A stretch of 55,583 bases of DNA, from IMG/VR virus record IMGVR_UViG_3300028197_000011, positions 1 to 55,583 of that record; one strand, written 5' to 3'. The DNA comes from a virus (taxonomy: Duplodnaviria; Caudoviricetes). The notes below the pieces were generated by a model, which was not told the DNA's origin, made no database searches, and saw only the letters and a list, made by a program, of their open reading frames with translations. Positions within the stretch are counted from its first letter, which is position 1, and each line of letters begins with the position of its first letter. Both the position numbers and the translations under genes were made by a program. This document shows, one piece after another, positions 1-11,500 of the stretch.

Positions 1-3000
1 TGGTTTTCTTGGTGGTTTAAGTGGTGGTGTTGGTAAAGGTTTTAATGCGGGAGGACCAGTAAGAGCTTTCGCTAGAGGCGGTCCCGTTCCGGGTAGTGGC
101 AATGGAGACACAGTGCCAGCAATGTTAACTCCGGGCGAGTTTGTAATTAAAAAGAGTAGTGTTAAAAAATTGGGGATGGGCAATCTTCAGGCTATGAATG
201 AAAATAAGTTTAGTGGTGGAAAAAAAATTACTTCAGGATTATCTCCAGATGCTCTTGCGGCAAACGCGGCAAGAAAACAAAAAAGAGAAGCTTTGGCTAG
301 AAAGCAAGGAGAAGAGTCTTCTTTAAAAAGACCAGATGGTAGACCTTATCAATTTGGTTTAGCTTCAATGTTTGGTTCAGATCTTGGAGTTAAGCCCACG
401 ATTCTACCAAAGAGTAGGCAAGTTGTCATGACTAACTTTGGCACATTAGATAAAAGTATGTCTGAAAAGTATGAAGGTCAAATGAGAACCTCTGTTAAAA
501 AGATAGCTAGCAGTATGGCTAAATCGCTAGCTGGAGACATTAAAGACAAAACTCCAATAGCTGGAGGTCAAATTGACGAGCTAATTAATAAGGCTGGATT
601 TGCTAATGCTGTAGGTGCTTTCTTTGAAACAGCAATTGCCTTGACGGGCGCTCCTTACGAGAAGGGTCAGATTAATGACTCTCTCGATTTCCCTTCTGGG
701 CTAAAAAATGCTGCTCAAAAATTTGGTTTACCGGGAGATATTCCCTCAGACGCTACAAGAACTAGTGGTCCTAATGGAAAAAATCGCAACAAGTTTGCGG
801 CACAGGTAGAAAGATATTTGGAAAAGATGGGCGTGTTAAAGAAGATGGCTACGGGTGGACCAGCTGGTAGTGATACGGTTCCTGCCTTACTAACCCCCGG
901 TGAATTTGTAGTTAATAGAAAGTCTGCTAATAAAATTGGATATGGTAATTTAAATAGAATGAATAAAGTTGGCAAGTACGCCAAGGGTGGTGTTGTACAA
1001 AGATTCGCAAGTGGTACTGGAGCTAGGGGCGCACAACCTTCAGGCGGTGGAGGGGGTGGTGATATTTCTGGTTTGTTAAGTTCTTTTGATGCTTTAACAG
1101 CCGCTATACAACAAGTAGTTGCAGAACTTGAGGGTGTTAATACTTCTACTTTAAATATGTCAGACCAGCAAGACGAAGCGGCTACGGCTACTAAAACAAA
1201 TACAACGCAAACTATTAAAAACTCAAAAGCGCAGAAATCATCTACCGAGTCTAGTCTGAGAATGATGGCGATATTTGGAGCAATAACTACTGGCCTTGCT
1301 ACCCTAGCTCCTGAGATCGACGAGACTTCTGGTTACTTGGATTACTTAAGGAAAAATCTTAGTGAGTTTGCACTACAAACTGTTACAGCGTCATATCTTC
1401 TATCTTCACTAGGAGCATTTAAAGTTGAAAATTGGAAAAATACTATGTCATTTATTCAAGGTTCTGCTCAAGAGGTAGCGCAAGGATTTAGTAAATTTCG
1501 TAAGGTTCTTAATAATCCTATACAGTCTCTTAAAACATTACATGCAGCTACTATGGCTGCTGTAAAAGCTGAAGCAGCTGAAACTCTTGCTAACAAAGCC
1601 GCCGCTGCGTCAGAAGCTCAAGAGACTCTTGCTAACAAAGCCGCTACTTTATCAGAAGCTCAAGAGACTCTTGCGAATAAGGGTAGCACTCTTGCTGGCG
1701 TTTTTGCTTTTCTTTCGGCGACGGTTATAGCAGTTGGTGCTGCTTTTGGCATTGCTTTCGCTCCGGTTACAGCTATGCTTATTGGTCTTGGGGTAGTTAT
1801 TGGTGCGCTTACTGCGGTTTTTGGCGGCTTACATTTACTAGCCTCTTCTGAACTTGCAGGCGCTAGAAAAGAGAGAGCTATAGAAGAAGGCGATGTAGAC
1901 GAAGCTGGAAAACAAGCTGTCATAGAAGGGGGTCTGTATTCAAGTTTGCTTCGGTTAAATGATGGTTTGAGAGCCACGGCTAGAGCTGCTGCCGCTGCCA
2001 CTAAATCTCAAAAATCAAATGAGGAAGCCCAAGATAAAGCTAATAGAGCTATGGAGAAGTTTAGGAAAGGTCTTAGTACTGTTGGAGAGCTTTTAGGTTC
2101 TACTGCTATAGCGCAGAGGGATGCCGTTGAAGCGAGAGTAGCAGCTGATGCAGCAATTGCACAAAGCGCTCGTGACGCTCAAAGTGCTTTAGATTCTTTC
2201 TGGAGAGGTCTTTTGAGTTGGTTGCCTTGGATCGACAGTGGAGAACAAGTTCTAGCAAAAGCAGAAAAAGAACAACAAAGACTTGACAAGGATGCTAAAC
2301 AAAAAGAAAGAGCTGCTGTTAATGTTGCAATGCCTCAATTAAATATTTTACAAAGACAAGTTGCAGCTGCTGGTGGAAGCTTTGAAGATTTTATGATTAG
2401 TTTAAGGTCTTCCGCTGCTGGAAACGATATATACAAAAATCTAAAAAGTTTAGATATGCTACCTCAAGTAAGGGAAGCGTTTGAAAATATAAGAGACGAA
2501 GTAGAAAGAACAAGAAAAGCTTTTGAAGCTTTGAATTTAGGATTAAGATCTGTTCAAGGAGCTGCTCTTGCTATAAAGACTTCTGTTGACAATCTTCTGG
2601 ATGGGCAAGATGGAGACACTGGAGCTTTAGGTCCAGCTATAGCAACTCTTGAAGCTTCCATTACGTCAGCCGCTGAAGCTATGGACCCTGCTGCTATTGC
2701 TGCTGCTATGGAGACGGCGGGGGATGCTTTACGGACGCTGGGAGCAACAGATGCACAGATTAAGAAATTTCAAGAAACTATGACAGCTATTCAGGCAGCT
2801 CAAAGAGGTTTTGCCAATGCTACCGAAGACGCTAGAAGGTCTTTACTCGAAGACTTAGGTAATATAGACACCAATGCTGGCTCAGACAATATAAGAGAGG
2901 CAATAGCAGATGCTATTGTGAACAATTTAGATGATCCTACTATTGGCCCAGAAGTAAAGAAAAGGCTTAAAGATGCTATCAAAGGTGTTGAGTTAGATCC

Positions 3001-6000
3001 GGGCGTTATAGAAGACATAATGGCAGGAAATCTTCAAGGTATAGATAAAATATTAGAAGATCTTGGAGAAGGCACTCTTAAACAAGTCATTACATCTTTC
3101 AATCAATTAAATGAAGTTTTAAATAAAAAATTAGCTCTTGAAACTCAGCTTGTAGAATTAGAACAAAAACTAATATCTGCTAAACAAAAAGCTTTAGATG
3201 TTGAATTAGAAGCAAGAGAGTGGGAAGAAAAGTTTGGTGGCAACAAAGTTAGTCCGCAAGAAAGACGGGCGAATATTCTTGGTAAAGCTAATATTCGTGG
3301 AGACGAGATGGGTCTTCCTAGACTTAGAACCGGAAGCGCCCAAGAGTTTAGAGAACGATCTGCTGTTGCTAGACAGCAACAACGAGCAAATGCTGATACT
3401 AGAATAGCAGCTGCTGGTCCTGATGGTCAACCGGGAGTTATGGATGCTAGAAGAACAGTCAACTCCCAAGCGTTTAAAGAATCTGAAGCAAACTTGAAAC
3501 AATTTTTCGCTGAAGATTTAAATACTAGACGAAAATTATTAGAACAGATTGAAAAAGAAATAACAGCCGTTGAAGCAAAAACTACGGCAGAGAAAAAAGC
3601 GGCTGATGCTTTATTAAACGGAACGTATGAACAGTTTGTAGAAGAGATGGCAGCGATGGGCGCTTTAGCTGCTGCACAAACTGGCGATCCTAGATTAATG
3701 TCTGAGTTTAGTAGAACAGACTATGGTAGAGCTTCTAACAATATTGACGAAATGAGAAAAGCTGGAGTAACTAGTATTGATGGAATAGAAATTGATGACG
3801 TAGATGTTAGTGTTAGATCTGCTGGATTAAGAGCTGGTGGATTGAATGCAGGTCAGGCTGATAGATTCGCTCGACTAGGTGTACCTAATAGAAATCCTGA
3901 AACCCAAGATCTACGAGACGAGGGTTTAGAATTAGCTGCTAGTTTACCTGACGCTTTCCAAGGCACGATACAGGGTATCGAACAACAAATAGAAGTACAA
4001 AAGAAGTTAATAAAAACTATAGAGGCAGAAATAGCAGCTAGATCCGCAGCCGGTTTTGAGGTAAATAAAAAAAGAGAAGAGACAAACAAAAAAACGGAGA
4101 AAGACAGAGAGGCTCTTGAAGAAAAACGGCGAAGAAAACTTGAAACCACTTCCTCAATGGAAAAAGAAGGTGGTGGAGGCGATAATTGTTGCGACGGCGT
4201 AAGTAAGGTAGAAGTTACCAATCCCAACGATATGACAGATGACATAGTAAATGGCCTCCAAGATGTAGTTCAAGGTTTGAGATTATTTAATTTTATTAAA
4301 AGGTTACTTGATGTTCCTAGGAAACCGCCAGTACCTGACACATTAAGACTTCCAGAAGCTGACAAGCCAAGACTTCCAGAAGCTGACAAGCCAAGACTTC
4401 CAGAAGCTGACAAGCCAAGGCTTCCTGCACCTGATAAGCCAAGGCTTCCTGCACCTGATAAGCCAAGACTTATTGGTCCAGAAACTCCCAAAGATCCAGA
4501 TTTTACGGTGAGAGATCCTGATAAACTAAGAATTCCCGGTCCTGATCGAGCGCCAACAATTGAACTTCCCGGTCCTACACAGCGAAGACTTCCCGGCCCT
4601 CAACAGCGAAGACTTACCGGCCCAGAATCTAGAACTATGATTGATCCTAATGCTGGCAGAAAAGCTAGAATTATTGATGAAACACTAAATCTTCCCGGCC
4701 CTCAACAGCCAAGGCTTACCGGCCCTCAACAGCCAAGGCTTACCGGCCCTCAACAGCCAAGGCTTACCGGCCCTGCTCCAGAGGCGACACCCGTTCTTAA
4801 GGGAGAGACTATTCCGGGCAAACAAACTAACATTCCAAACAAAACGCCACAGCCTAATAAGCCAACGTCAATGACCCCGTATCAACCACCAGTAATAGAT
4901 GCTACTAATGTTGAAGTGGTAAAAGCAGCTGATGCAGCAGAAGACGCATCTAAAGGATTTAAAATATTTGACAAGCTTAAAGATGGTCTTGGTGGGTTTG
5001 GTACAAGTTTGCTTAACGTGGGCAAGACAACGCTGAGAGTTCTGGATGTATTAGATCCTTACTTGATGGCTGCTGATTATGGCTTTGGTGCGTATAAGGG
5101 TGCAACTGCCAAAGAGGGGGATAGAAAAGGAACGCAAGCTCGAAGTGCAGATAAAGGACTAGACGAACAGAGTACACTTTGGAAAATGTTTACAGGGGCG
5201 ACAACTGGAGATCCTCGCATGGGTGGATCTGTTACGAACGACTACCTTATTGGTTCTGAAACTGGATCAGATTTAGATTTATTTTTGGGCGGTTTTGAAG
5301 CTGTGCTACGTGGGGCAATGGATGGAGGAACAGTTACCGGATATAATCCAGCAGGTATTGTAGGAGGCGCTGTGTATGGGGGAAGCGCAGAGATAGCTAA
5401 AGCTCTGAATTTCTTGCAGCAAGACATGGGCGAGTTAGCAAAAGCAGAAGAAAAAACAACACGAATGAGAGAAGCTTCAAAAGATGAAAGTGGTTTAGAT
5501 GTAAATACAAGAAACTTATTAGGCCATAAAGGAAGTATACAATTAAATTTAGAAGAAGCGAAAAAATCTGGAGACTCTAAAAGAGTTACGGAGTTAGAAA
5601 AAGAACTAAGCAACGCTAATATTGCTCTTGAAAATAGAATACAAGAACGCACTGGTCAGGGTGGTGATTTAAGAAGAAGTACTGGCAGGAATCAGTTTAA
5701 CGGAGGACTTACGGACAAGGCTGTAGAGGAAGATAGAATTCTACAAGATCAATACTTAGAAAAAGACAAGGCTGCACAACAAGAAGAACGTGCAGCTCAA
5801 GCAGCGGTTGCAAAAAGGCAAGCAGAACTCAAAGCTGTTCAACAAAAAACAATTCAAGCTAACCAAGAGGTCGCTTCTCAAGCCACAACGGGAACGTTTG
5901 ATTATAGAACTGGTGCGCAATTAACTACAGGTGATACTGGTTTAGGATTATCAAGACCTGAAGAAGAAGGCGCTCGCACTGGCTTTGCACAACGTGTAGC

Positions 6001-8575
6001 TAAATCAGCTATTAATGTAAGTAAACCCGCTCCATCTGGTATTGAGCAAGAATACGAACAATTTAACAGCATGATTGACCAAATAAACGAAGAAGGTTAT
6101 CGTGAGTTTAATAAGAAAAGCATGACTTTACCTCAAACATCAGAAGCAGAAAGATTACCTACTTCATATGATATTGACAACATGACTCTACCAGAAACAT
6201 CGTCAGCAAAAACAGAAATCGCAGCACAGAAAGTTTTAATTGATGCGCCACTAGCGCCGGGAGATGGTGCTGACCCCTCTGGTGGAACTGGTGGAACTGA
6301 CCGACAGGTTGATCCGGGTCGTATGGCCCTTCTGGAAACGAAAAAACAACGGTTCGATCCTTTATCAAAAGGAATCCCCGGAATTCCTACAGGAACAGGT
6401 AAATATGATATTAATACGCAGGAAGAACAAACAAATAAATTAATACCTCTTGAAGAAGATAAGAAGGAGATGAGTAAGATAGCTACTGTGGATAAAATAT
6501 TAGAAGCTCCAAAAGCACCAAGTGATGAAAGCGCTGTCTCTAGTATGGCAGGTAATGATCAAATCATTAAGTTGTTGGCTGCTATATTACAGCAATTAAA
6601 AGACTGTTGCGTAGGCGGTGAGGGTGGTGGTGGTAGTGGTGGTGGCGGCGGTGGTTCACAAAACGCAAGATCAATATTTGATTTTGAGAAAACATACCCG
6701 GCAACTGCTGGTGGTGGGAGCATACCCGGAAATGAACAATTACATCCACGACGCGGTGGCTTGACTATTGATAAAAAATTACCGAACAAATACGACATTG
6801 ATCAGATGACCCTTCCAGAAAAAGATCAGCTACATCCAGAGGGTGGAGGCTTAATGATTGACGGAGGTAAGACTTTAATTGAAGACAATAGAGGAGTTAC
6901 ATATCCTGATCGTAAACAAAACAATGTTTTATCTGAACAAAAAAGAGTAAGAGAAAGAGAAGCTACTGTAAATAGAGACAAGAACTTACTCAACACACCA
7001 GAATCACCTACAACGCCACTTAATCCATCAGAGCATGGAGATCAAAGTCTTAGAGTCTTGGACGATTTAGGGGTTTCATCATACCCTGAAAGAAAACAAG
7101 CTAACATTCTCTCTAGACAAAAAAGACAGAGAGAGTCTAATGTAGATAGAGAAACGTCAGAAGCAATTACTGGCCCAAGCAAACACGGGGATAAGACCAC
7201 TCACAAAGCTTCTCAATATCCTGAACGTAGGCAAGCTAATATTTTGGCTAGACAAAAGAGGCAGAGAGAACGAGAAGCTAATGTAGACAGAGATAAAAAT
7301 GTAATTAGTTCTTTCCAATTTAATACTCCTCAAATGACTGCCCCCACATCTACGGATGAACATGAAGACAAAACTGTTAGTGTCTTAGACGACTTAGGAG
7401 TTTCAACATATCCTGAACGCAAACAGGCTAATATACTATCTAGGCAAAAAAGGCAGAGAGAGGCCACTGTAGACAGAGAAGCTTCAGAAGCAATTACTGG
7501 TCCAGACAAACATGGAGATAAGACCACACACAAAATTGAGCTTTATCCTGAACGTAGACAAGCTAATATTTTGGCTAGACAGAAAAGGCAGGGAGAGCGA
7601 GAAGCTGGAGCTGAAGACCATTCTAAGTTTAACATAAAAACAAGGCAAAGAATTCCTAACATGTTCTTAGATGATCCTTTCCCTACGCAAAGTGATACAA
7701 GTCAATTAGCCAATAACGCATCTAAATCAGCTCGCGGTCATAAAACTTTATCAAATAAAGTAATGAGGAAGAAAGATGCAATTAAAAAACTTCCACCATC
7801 ATTCCATGTAGATAGTCCTTTCACTCAATCTGAAGACATTCGCGCTCAAGGTGGACCGAGGCTTTTAGCTCCCGGCACTACGAACCAAGAAAATGCAATG
7901 CTAAATTCAGCTGAGAATAAAATAATGCAAGGTGTATCCGCTAGTGCGGGAACTCCATTCTCTGCTGGTATATCTGATGCTCCTGCGATTTCTAAAGGCA
8001 GCGCCTTACCACCTACTGCTCCACAAACAGCTCCTTCTAGGACTAGCGATAACGGATCTCTTGGAGTTGGGTCTGGAACGCCACCTAGTAATCAAATGAT
8101 GAGGAGTGTAGGTAGCGTCAGCGGATATACTGGCGGCAATACTTCTGGAGCTATGGAGATGGGGGGCATGGTAAGCTTACTTACCAGCATGACTCAGATA
8201 CTACAGAGTATTGACCAAAAAGCTGTCAAGCCTGCCGCTGGTCAAAACTCTAATGCAAGATCACAAGATAATGCTGGTATCGGTGGAGAAACTAAAGATC
8301 TTACTCAATCTCTTAGTAGTGTATTTGCTACGTTTAATTCTGATTTTTCAAATATTGTTCAAAGATTAGAAAATGTATCAATACAAATTCAAATAGCTCC
8401 CGTTCAGGTAAACATTGATCTTAACGGTGGGTCAATATTACAAAGTATAAGACAGTATGTTTCTGAAGAATTGTGGAATGGAATACAAAAAGAAATTTCT
8501 CAATACACAATGGGACCAAACGGCAAGTTACAAAAATCAACATCTACATTACCTTCTGGATTTGGATCGAATTAA
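1..8575 (+). CDS. Tail tape-measure-like protein, 5'-truncated (>2850 aa)
   Basis: The frame is open from the window edge (GFLGGLSGG...FARGGPVPGSGNGDTVPAMLTPGEFV). There are two copies of the GG...DTVPAxLTPGEFV motif typical of tape-measure proteins, long Ala/Glu/Lys coiled-coil stretches and hydrophobic segments near 1690-1850. It sits directly upstream of tail genes. Confidence 0.75.
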   Translation, partial: GFLGGLSGGVGKGFNAGGPVRAFARGGPVPGSGNGDTVPAMLTPGEFVIKKSSVKKLGMGNLQAMNENKFSGGKKITSGLSPDALAANAARKQKREALARKQGEESSLKRPDGRPYQFGLASMFGSDLGVKPTILPKSRQVVMTNFGTLDKSMSEKYEGQMRTSVKKIASSMAKSLAGDIKDKTPIAGGQIDELINKAGFANAVGAFFETAIALTGAPYEKGQINDSLDFPSGLKNAAQKFGLPGDIPSDATRTSGPNGKNRNKFAAQVERYLEKMGVLKKMATGGPAGSDTVPALLTPGEFVVNRKSANKIGYGNLNRMNKVGKYAKGGVVQRFASGTGARGAQPSGGGGGGDISGLLSSFDALTAAIQQVVAELEGVNTSTLNMSDQQDEAATATKTNTTQTIKNSKAQKSSTESSLRMMAIFGAITTGLATLAPEIDETSGYLDYLRKNLSEFALQTVTASYLLSSLGAFKVENWKNTMSFIQGSAQEVAQGFSKFRKVLNNPIQSLKTLHAATMAAVKAEAAETLANKAAAASEAQETLANKAATLSEAQETLANKGSTLAGVFAFLSATVIAVGAAFGIAFAPVTAMLIGLGVVIGALTAVFGGLHLLASSELAGARKERAIEEGDVDEAGKQAVIEGGLYSSLLRLNDGLRATARAAAAATKSQKSNEEAQDKANRAMEKFRKGLSTVGELLGSTAIAQRDAVEARVAADAAIAQSARDAQSALDSFWRGLLSWLPWIDSGEQVLAKAEKEQQRLDKDAKQKERAAVNVAMPQLNILQRQVAAAGGSFEDFMISLRSSAAGNDIYKNLKSLDMLPQVREAFENIRDEVERTRKAFEALNLGLRSVQGAALAIKTSVDNLLDGQDGDTGALGPAIATLEASITSAAEAMDPAAIAAAMETAGDALRTLGATDAQIKKFQETMTAIQAAQRGFANATEDARRSLLEDLGNIDTNAGSDNIREAIADAIVNNLDDPTIGPEVKKRLKDAIKGVELDPGVIEDIMAGNLQGIDKILEDLGEGTLKQVITSFNQLNEVLNKKLALETQLVELEQKLISAKQKALDVELEAREWEEKFGGNKVSPQERRANILGKANIRGDEMGLPRLRTGSAQEFRERSAVARQQQRANADTRIAAAGPDGQPGVMDARRTVNSQAFKESEANLKQFFAEDLNTRRKLLEQIEKEITAVEAKTTAEKKAADALLNGTYEQFVEEMAAMGALAAAQTGDPRLMSEFSRTDYGRASNNIDEMRKAGVTSIDGIEIDDVDVSVRSAGLRAGGLNAGQADRFARLGVPNRNPETQDLRDEGLELAASLPDAFQGTIQGIEQQIEVQKKLIKTIEAEIAARSAAGFEVNKKREETNKKTEKDREALEEKRRRKLETTSSMEKEGGGGDNCCDGVSKVEVTNPNDMTDDIVNGLQDVVQGLRLFNFIKRLLDVPRKPPVPDTLRLPEADKPRLPEADKPRLPEADKPRLPAPDKPRLPAPDKPRLIGPETPKDPDFTVRDPDKLRIPGPDRAPTIELPGPTQRRLPGPQQRRLTGPESRTMIDPNAGRKARIIDETLNLPGPQQPRLTGPQQPRLTGPQQPRLTGPAPEATPVLKGETIPGKQTNIPNKTPQPNKPTSMTPYQPPVIDATNVEVVKAADAAEDASKGFKIFDKLKDGLGGFGTSLLNVGKTTLRVLDVLDPYLMAADYGFGAYKGATAKEGDRKGTQARSADKGLDEQSTLWKMFTGATTGDPRMGGSVTNDYLIGSETGSDLDLFLGGFEAVLRGAMDGGTVTGYNPAGIVGGAVYGGSAEIAKALNFLQQDMGELAKAEEKTTRMREASKDESGLDVNTRNLLGHKGSIQLNLEEAKKSGDSKRVTELEKELSNANIALENRIQERTGQGGDLRRSTGRNQFNGGLTDKAVEEDRILQDQYLEKDKAAQQEERAAQAAVAKRQAELKAVQQKTIQANQEVASQATTGTFDYRTGAQLTTGDTGLGLSRPEEEGARTGFAQRVAKSAINVSKPAPSGIEQEYEQFNSMIDQINEEGYREFNKKSMTLPQTSEAERLPTSYDIDNMTLPETSSAKTEIAAQKVLIDAPLAPGDGADPSGGTGGTDRQVDPGRMALLETKKQRFDPLSKGIPGIPTGTGKYDINTQEEQTNKLIPLEEDKKEMSKIATVDKILEAPKAPSDESAVSSMAGNDQIIKLLAAILQQLKDCCVGGEGGGGSGGGGGGSQNARSIFDFEKTYPATAGGGSIPGNEQLHPRRGGLTIDKKLPNKYDIDQMTLPEKDQLHPEGGGLMIDGGKTLIEDNRGVTYPDRKQNNVLSEQKRVREREATVNRDKNLLNTPESPTTPLNPSEHGDQSLRVLDDLGVSSYPERKQANILSRQKRQRESNVDRETSEAITGPSKHGDKTTHKASQYPERRQANILARQKRQREREANVDRDKNVISSFQFNTPQMTAPTSTDEHEDKTVSVLDDLGVSTYPERKQANILSRQKRQREATVDREASEAITGPDKHGDKTTHKIELYPERRQANILARQKRQGEREAGAEDHSKFNIKTRQRIPNMFLDDPFPTQSDTSQLANNASKSARGHKTLSNKVMRKKDAIKKLPPSFHVDSPFTQSEDIRAQGGPRLLAPGTTNQENAMLNSAENKIMQGVSASAGTPFSAGISDAPAISKGSALPPTAPQTAPSRTSDNGSLGVGSGTPPSNQMMRSVGSVSGYTGGNTSGAMEMGGMVSLLTSMTQILQSIDQKAVKPAAGQNSNARSQDNAGIGGETKDLTQSLSSVFATFNSDFSNIVQRLENVSIQIQIAPVQVNIDLNGGSILQSIRQYVSEELWNGIQKEISQYTMGPNGKLQKSTSTLPSGFGSN
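1571..1681 (+). repeat. 42-bp coding tandem repeat (EAxETLANKAxxxS, ~2.6 copies)
   Basis: gaagctcaagagactcttgc(t/g)aa(c/t)aa recurs at 42-bp spacing. Confidence 0.85.
4345..4471 (+). repeat. 24-bp coding tandem repeat (RLPEADKP x3, RLPAPDKP x2)
   Basis: aagacttccagaagctgacaagcc x3 exact, followed by aaggcttcctgcacctgataagcc x2 exact. Confidence 0.95.
4691..4774 (+). repeat. 24-bp coding tandem repeat (L[P/T]GPQQPR x3.5)
   Basis: ctt(c/a)ccggccctcaacagccaagg in tandem; related copies at ~4565-4623. Confidence 0.95.
6900..7606 (+). repeat. Dispersed/nested coding repeat YPxR[K/R]QxNxLxxQKR x5
   Basis: Five copies in the translation; a ~75-aa block (LDDLGVS...EREA) is duplicated at ~327-bp spacing. 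Confidence 0.85.
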
Positions 8576-8588
8576 TAAAGGAAAAGAT

Positions 8589-11500
8589 ATGTCGAATTTA
8601 TGTGGAAATGATGGAATTAAAATTGATATTGTTAGCAAGTCTAAATTACGAGGCTTTGCAACTAAGCTATGTAAAGTTCGCGCTAGATCAAGGGTCAAAT
8701 GTTTATTTAAAGCAGGCGTGTCTGTACTCTTCCAAGGATTTGTTATAGGTTCAGGCGAATCTGAACCTTCAAATAATTTTGGTTCTTCCAATTTTGGCGA
8801 CACGCCAAGACGTAACCCTCCCCAAATATTAGTTAGGTCTATCTCTGGGTCTGGCGGTATTCGTATTAATACTACTATTCAGACTATCCGTCGATGCTCT
8901 ACCGATTTGCCTAAAGCTATCTTCGACATTACTTCTCAAGAATATATTGATCGTGGTTATAATGCTATACCAGATAGTATCTATTCCCCTTTTAATTCTA
9001 ACAATTCTATTCAAGTAAATTCTAAAGGTCCACTTATAGAGCATAGTTTAATTACCCAAAGGAAAAGAAGTAGTAATAGTAGATTGATCGCTAATTTAGG
9101 AAGACCCGTAAATAATATGGGTGTAAAACTTACTGGTATTGCGAAAGTTAAATCTAGATTCTTTGAAAAATTACATGGACATTTTGATATAATTAACAGT
9201 TTTGATAATTTTATTCCCACAGAAAAACTCTTTCCTATTAGAGATATTAATAATAAAAAGAACGGTATATCATTTGTAACAGAACGAACTAAGTCTAGTG
9301 AAATATATAAAAGTATTAATGAGGGCGTACACGTTGGTAATATTACCAAGCATGGAGCCAAAGGCTTTGTTATAGCAGACGATATTGATTCATTTATTAC
9401 ACCTTCTTCAATTTACACTGAGGGTGAATTTACTTACAAGTGTGAAGTCAACGCTCCTAGCATTACTCCCCTCGAAACATTTTTCTTCTTAAGAGCTTCT
9501 GCTCCTCTTACAAACTTTGACTCAGACATTCCACCAACTTATGAAGTATCTAATATTAAATTAGAAGACCCCTATGGAAATCTTATAGCTAAGTATAAAG
9601 ATTTTACTATTAGGGGTGAGCAAGACTATAGCGATAAGGATCATCATCACTATGTTACTTATGTAACTGAACCAGAGGTTAATTATGCTAAAGGTAATAC
9701 TTGGGATTATTATTATCCAGTTCTTGGTGAGGATAGTGGATACACTTTAAGCTTGGATATAAAAGGAAATTGTTTCTTCCATGCATTTGAAGAGGACTCT
9801 TTTAATAAAGGTTTCCAAGACGGTTGTAATCTAGATGATAAATTTGTCCAATCCTCTAACTCAGATTATCTAGGAATTGATGGAGCTGCTTTTTCTACTC
9901 AATCTAAAAATTACTTCGTAAGACCTACCGATGCTCTCAGAATTTCTGCGATTGAAATTAATAACAAAGGTAGCCTAAATGGAATATTGCATGATAATAA
10001 ATTAAATATGTTTTTAGATGTGGTTCCTACTGGATTATTACTAGAGAGAGTTCTTAGACCTCAAAAAATCTTATCAACAAATTATACTAATAATATATAT
10101 CCAACTAATACAATAAATATTTGGCAAACATCTCCAGATATTGATGGAAATAGATATGACAATACTGTAGATAGTGGTAAAAATAATTATGAACTTAAGG
10201 ACAGATTAAGTAATGAATATATAGAAGGGCATCTAACTTTAATAGACACTGATCCTATCGCAGATTCTGGAAAAATACAATTATTTTACTCTCATCAAGA
10301 TCCAAAAAGAGTAAAGGTTAAAACCGGAGGCGCTTTAAATATTGGAAATAAATATGAAGGTGCTTTTTCCAGACCAGAAATTAAACAAGTATTCCCAGAT
10401 GATAACTACTTCATTGTAGAAGAAATATTTTTAAGAATAGATATTAAAAAGGATGCGTCGAAACCAGACTTCCCTATAGATGTTGTTGGTTATTCAGATG
10501 ATGGCGTAATGATCTCTACTAAACAAGTAGGAGGATTTTTACAAAATGCTTCTTCTGGCGTAGGAACTGTTCCCTTAACTACTGGTTTTGATGATATTAA
10601 TGAGCTTGGTTTTTCATCAGAAACTATGTCTGATAAGTTTGCATATTATTCTAGACCTATTACTCCAAATCCTGCTGGCGATCATTACAGGCTAGAAGAT
10701 TCTGTAATAGTAACTAACAGTTCAGATTTTAAAACTTACGATGTTCCTCTTAAAATATATGAAGATAAAGTAGAACTTGGCAGATCTAGAGACTACAGAA
10801 ATAGTAGATTATTTGAAGCTCTTTATCTAGATATATATCCAATACCTAGCGGCACTGAAATATCTAAAGCAGACTTAGTAATTAAATATAAACCATCAGT
10901 AGCTTTAGCGTTGAACACTTTAGGTTGTGATCAAGTCCGTATTGGTCCTGCGTTTAGTCTTCTTACTCCAATCAAATCCTACGCTGGTAATAATAGCGAT
11001 GGATATATATTATCTAATATACCTCACGCTTATGAGACGAGAGAGCCTACTTTAAAAACGAATTACTCTAAGAGGTGGAGAGGTAGTAGCGGTCTTACAA
11101 GTACTGGTCCTTTTGACGCAGACGGTTTTGGTTTTGGTTTTGAATTTCCACAACTCGATTCTCCATTTAGTTCTGGTTACTACAATTTCTCAGATGTTGA
11201 TGGCACTGATATATACTCTTCTCAATCTTCTAGTCTTGTTGGTCAACTTTCCAACGCTAGCATGTCTAATAACATTGTTAGAAATATAGGTATGAGATTT
11301 ATATCTGACTCTTTATTCCCGCCCCCAACAGAACCTCCTGCTCCTGTAACAGAGGATGGTTTTGATCTTACTCAAAACATAATGTACAATTACCATATAG
11401 TTGGAACTTCTAATGGATTAAATTCAGCTAACGCTATTACTGTTAGAATTCCAGATGAATATGATAATAGAGCTGATGACACCGATAAAACTTATGTGAC

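Noticed and set aside
4345-4774. 24-bp repeats as a non-coding array or DGR target
   Set aside because: They are in-frame coding repeats without spacers; no reverse transcriptase or adenine-specific TR/VR pair was seen
8457-8588. ORF-track N-terminal extension of the giant protein (also the track starts at 25815, 34701 and 48507)
   Set aside because: They overlap the upstream genes; downstream ATGs with an SD or stop-adjacent placement fit better
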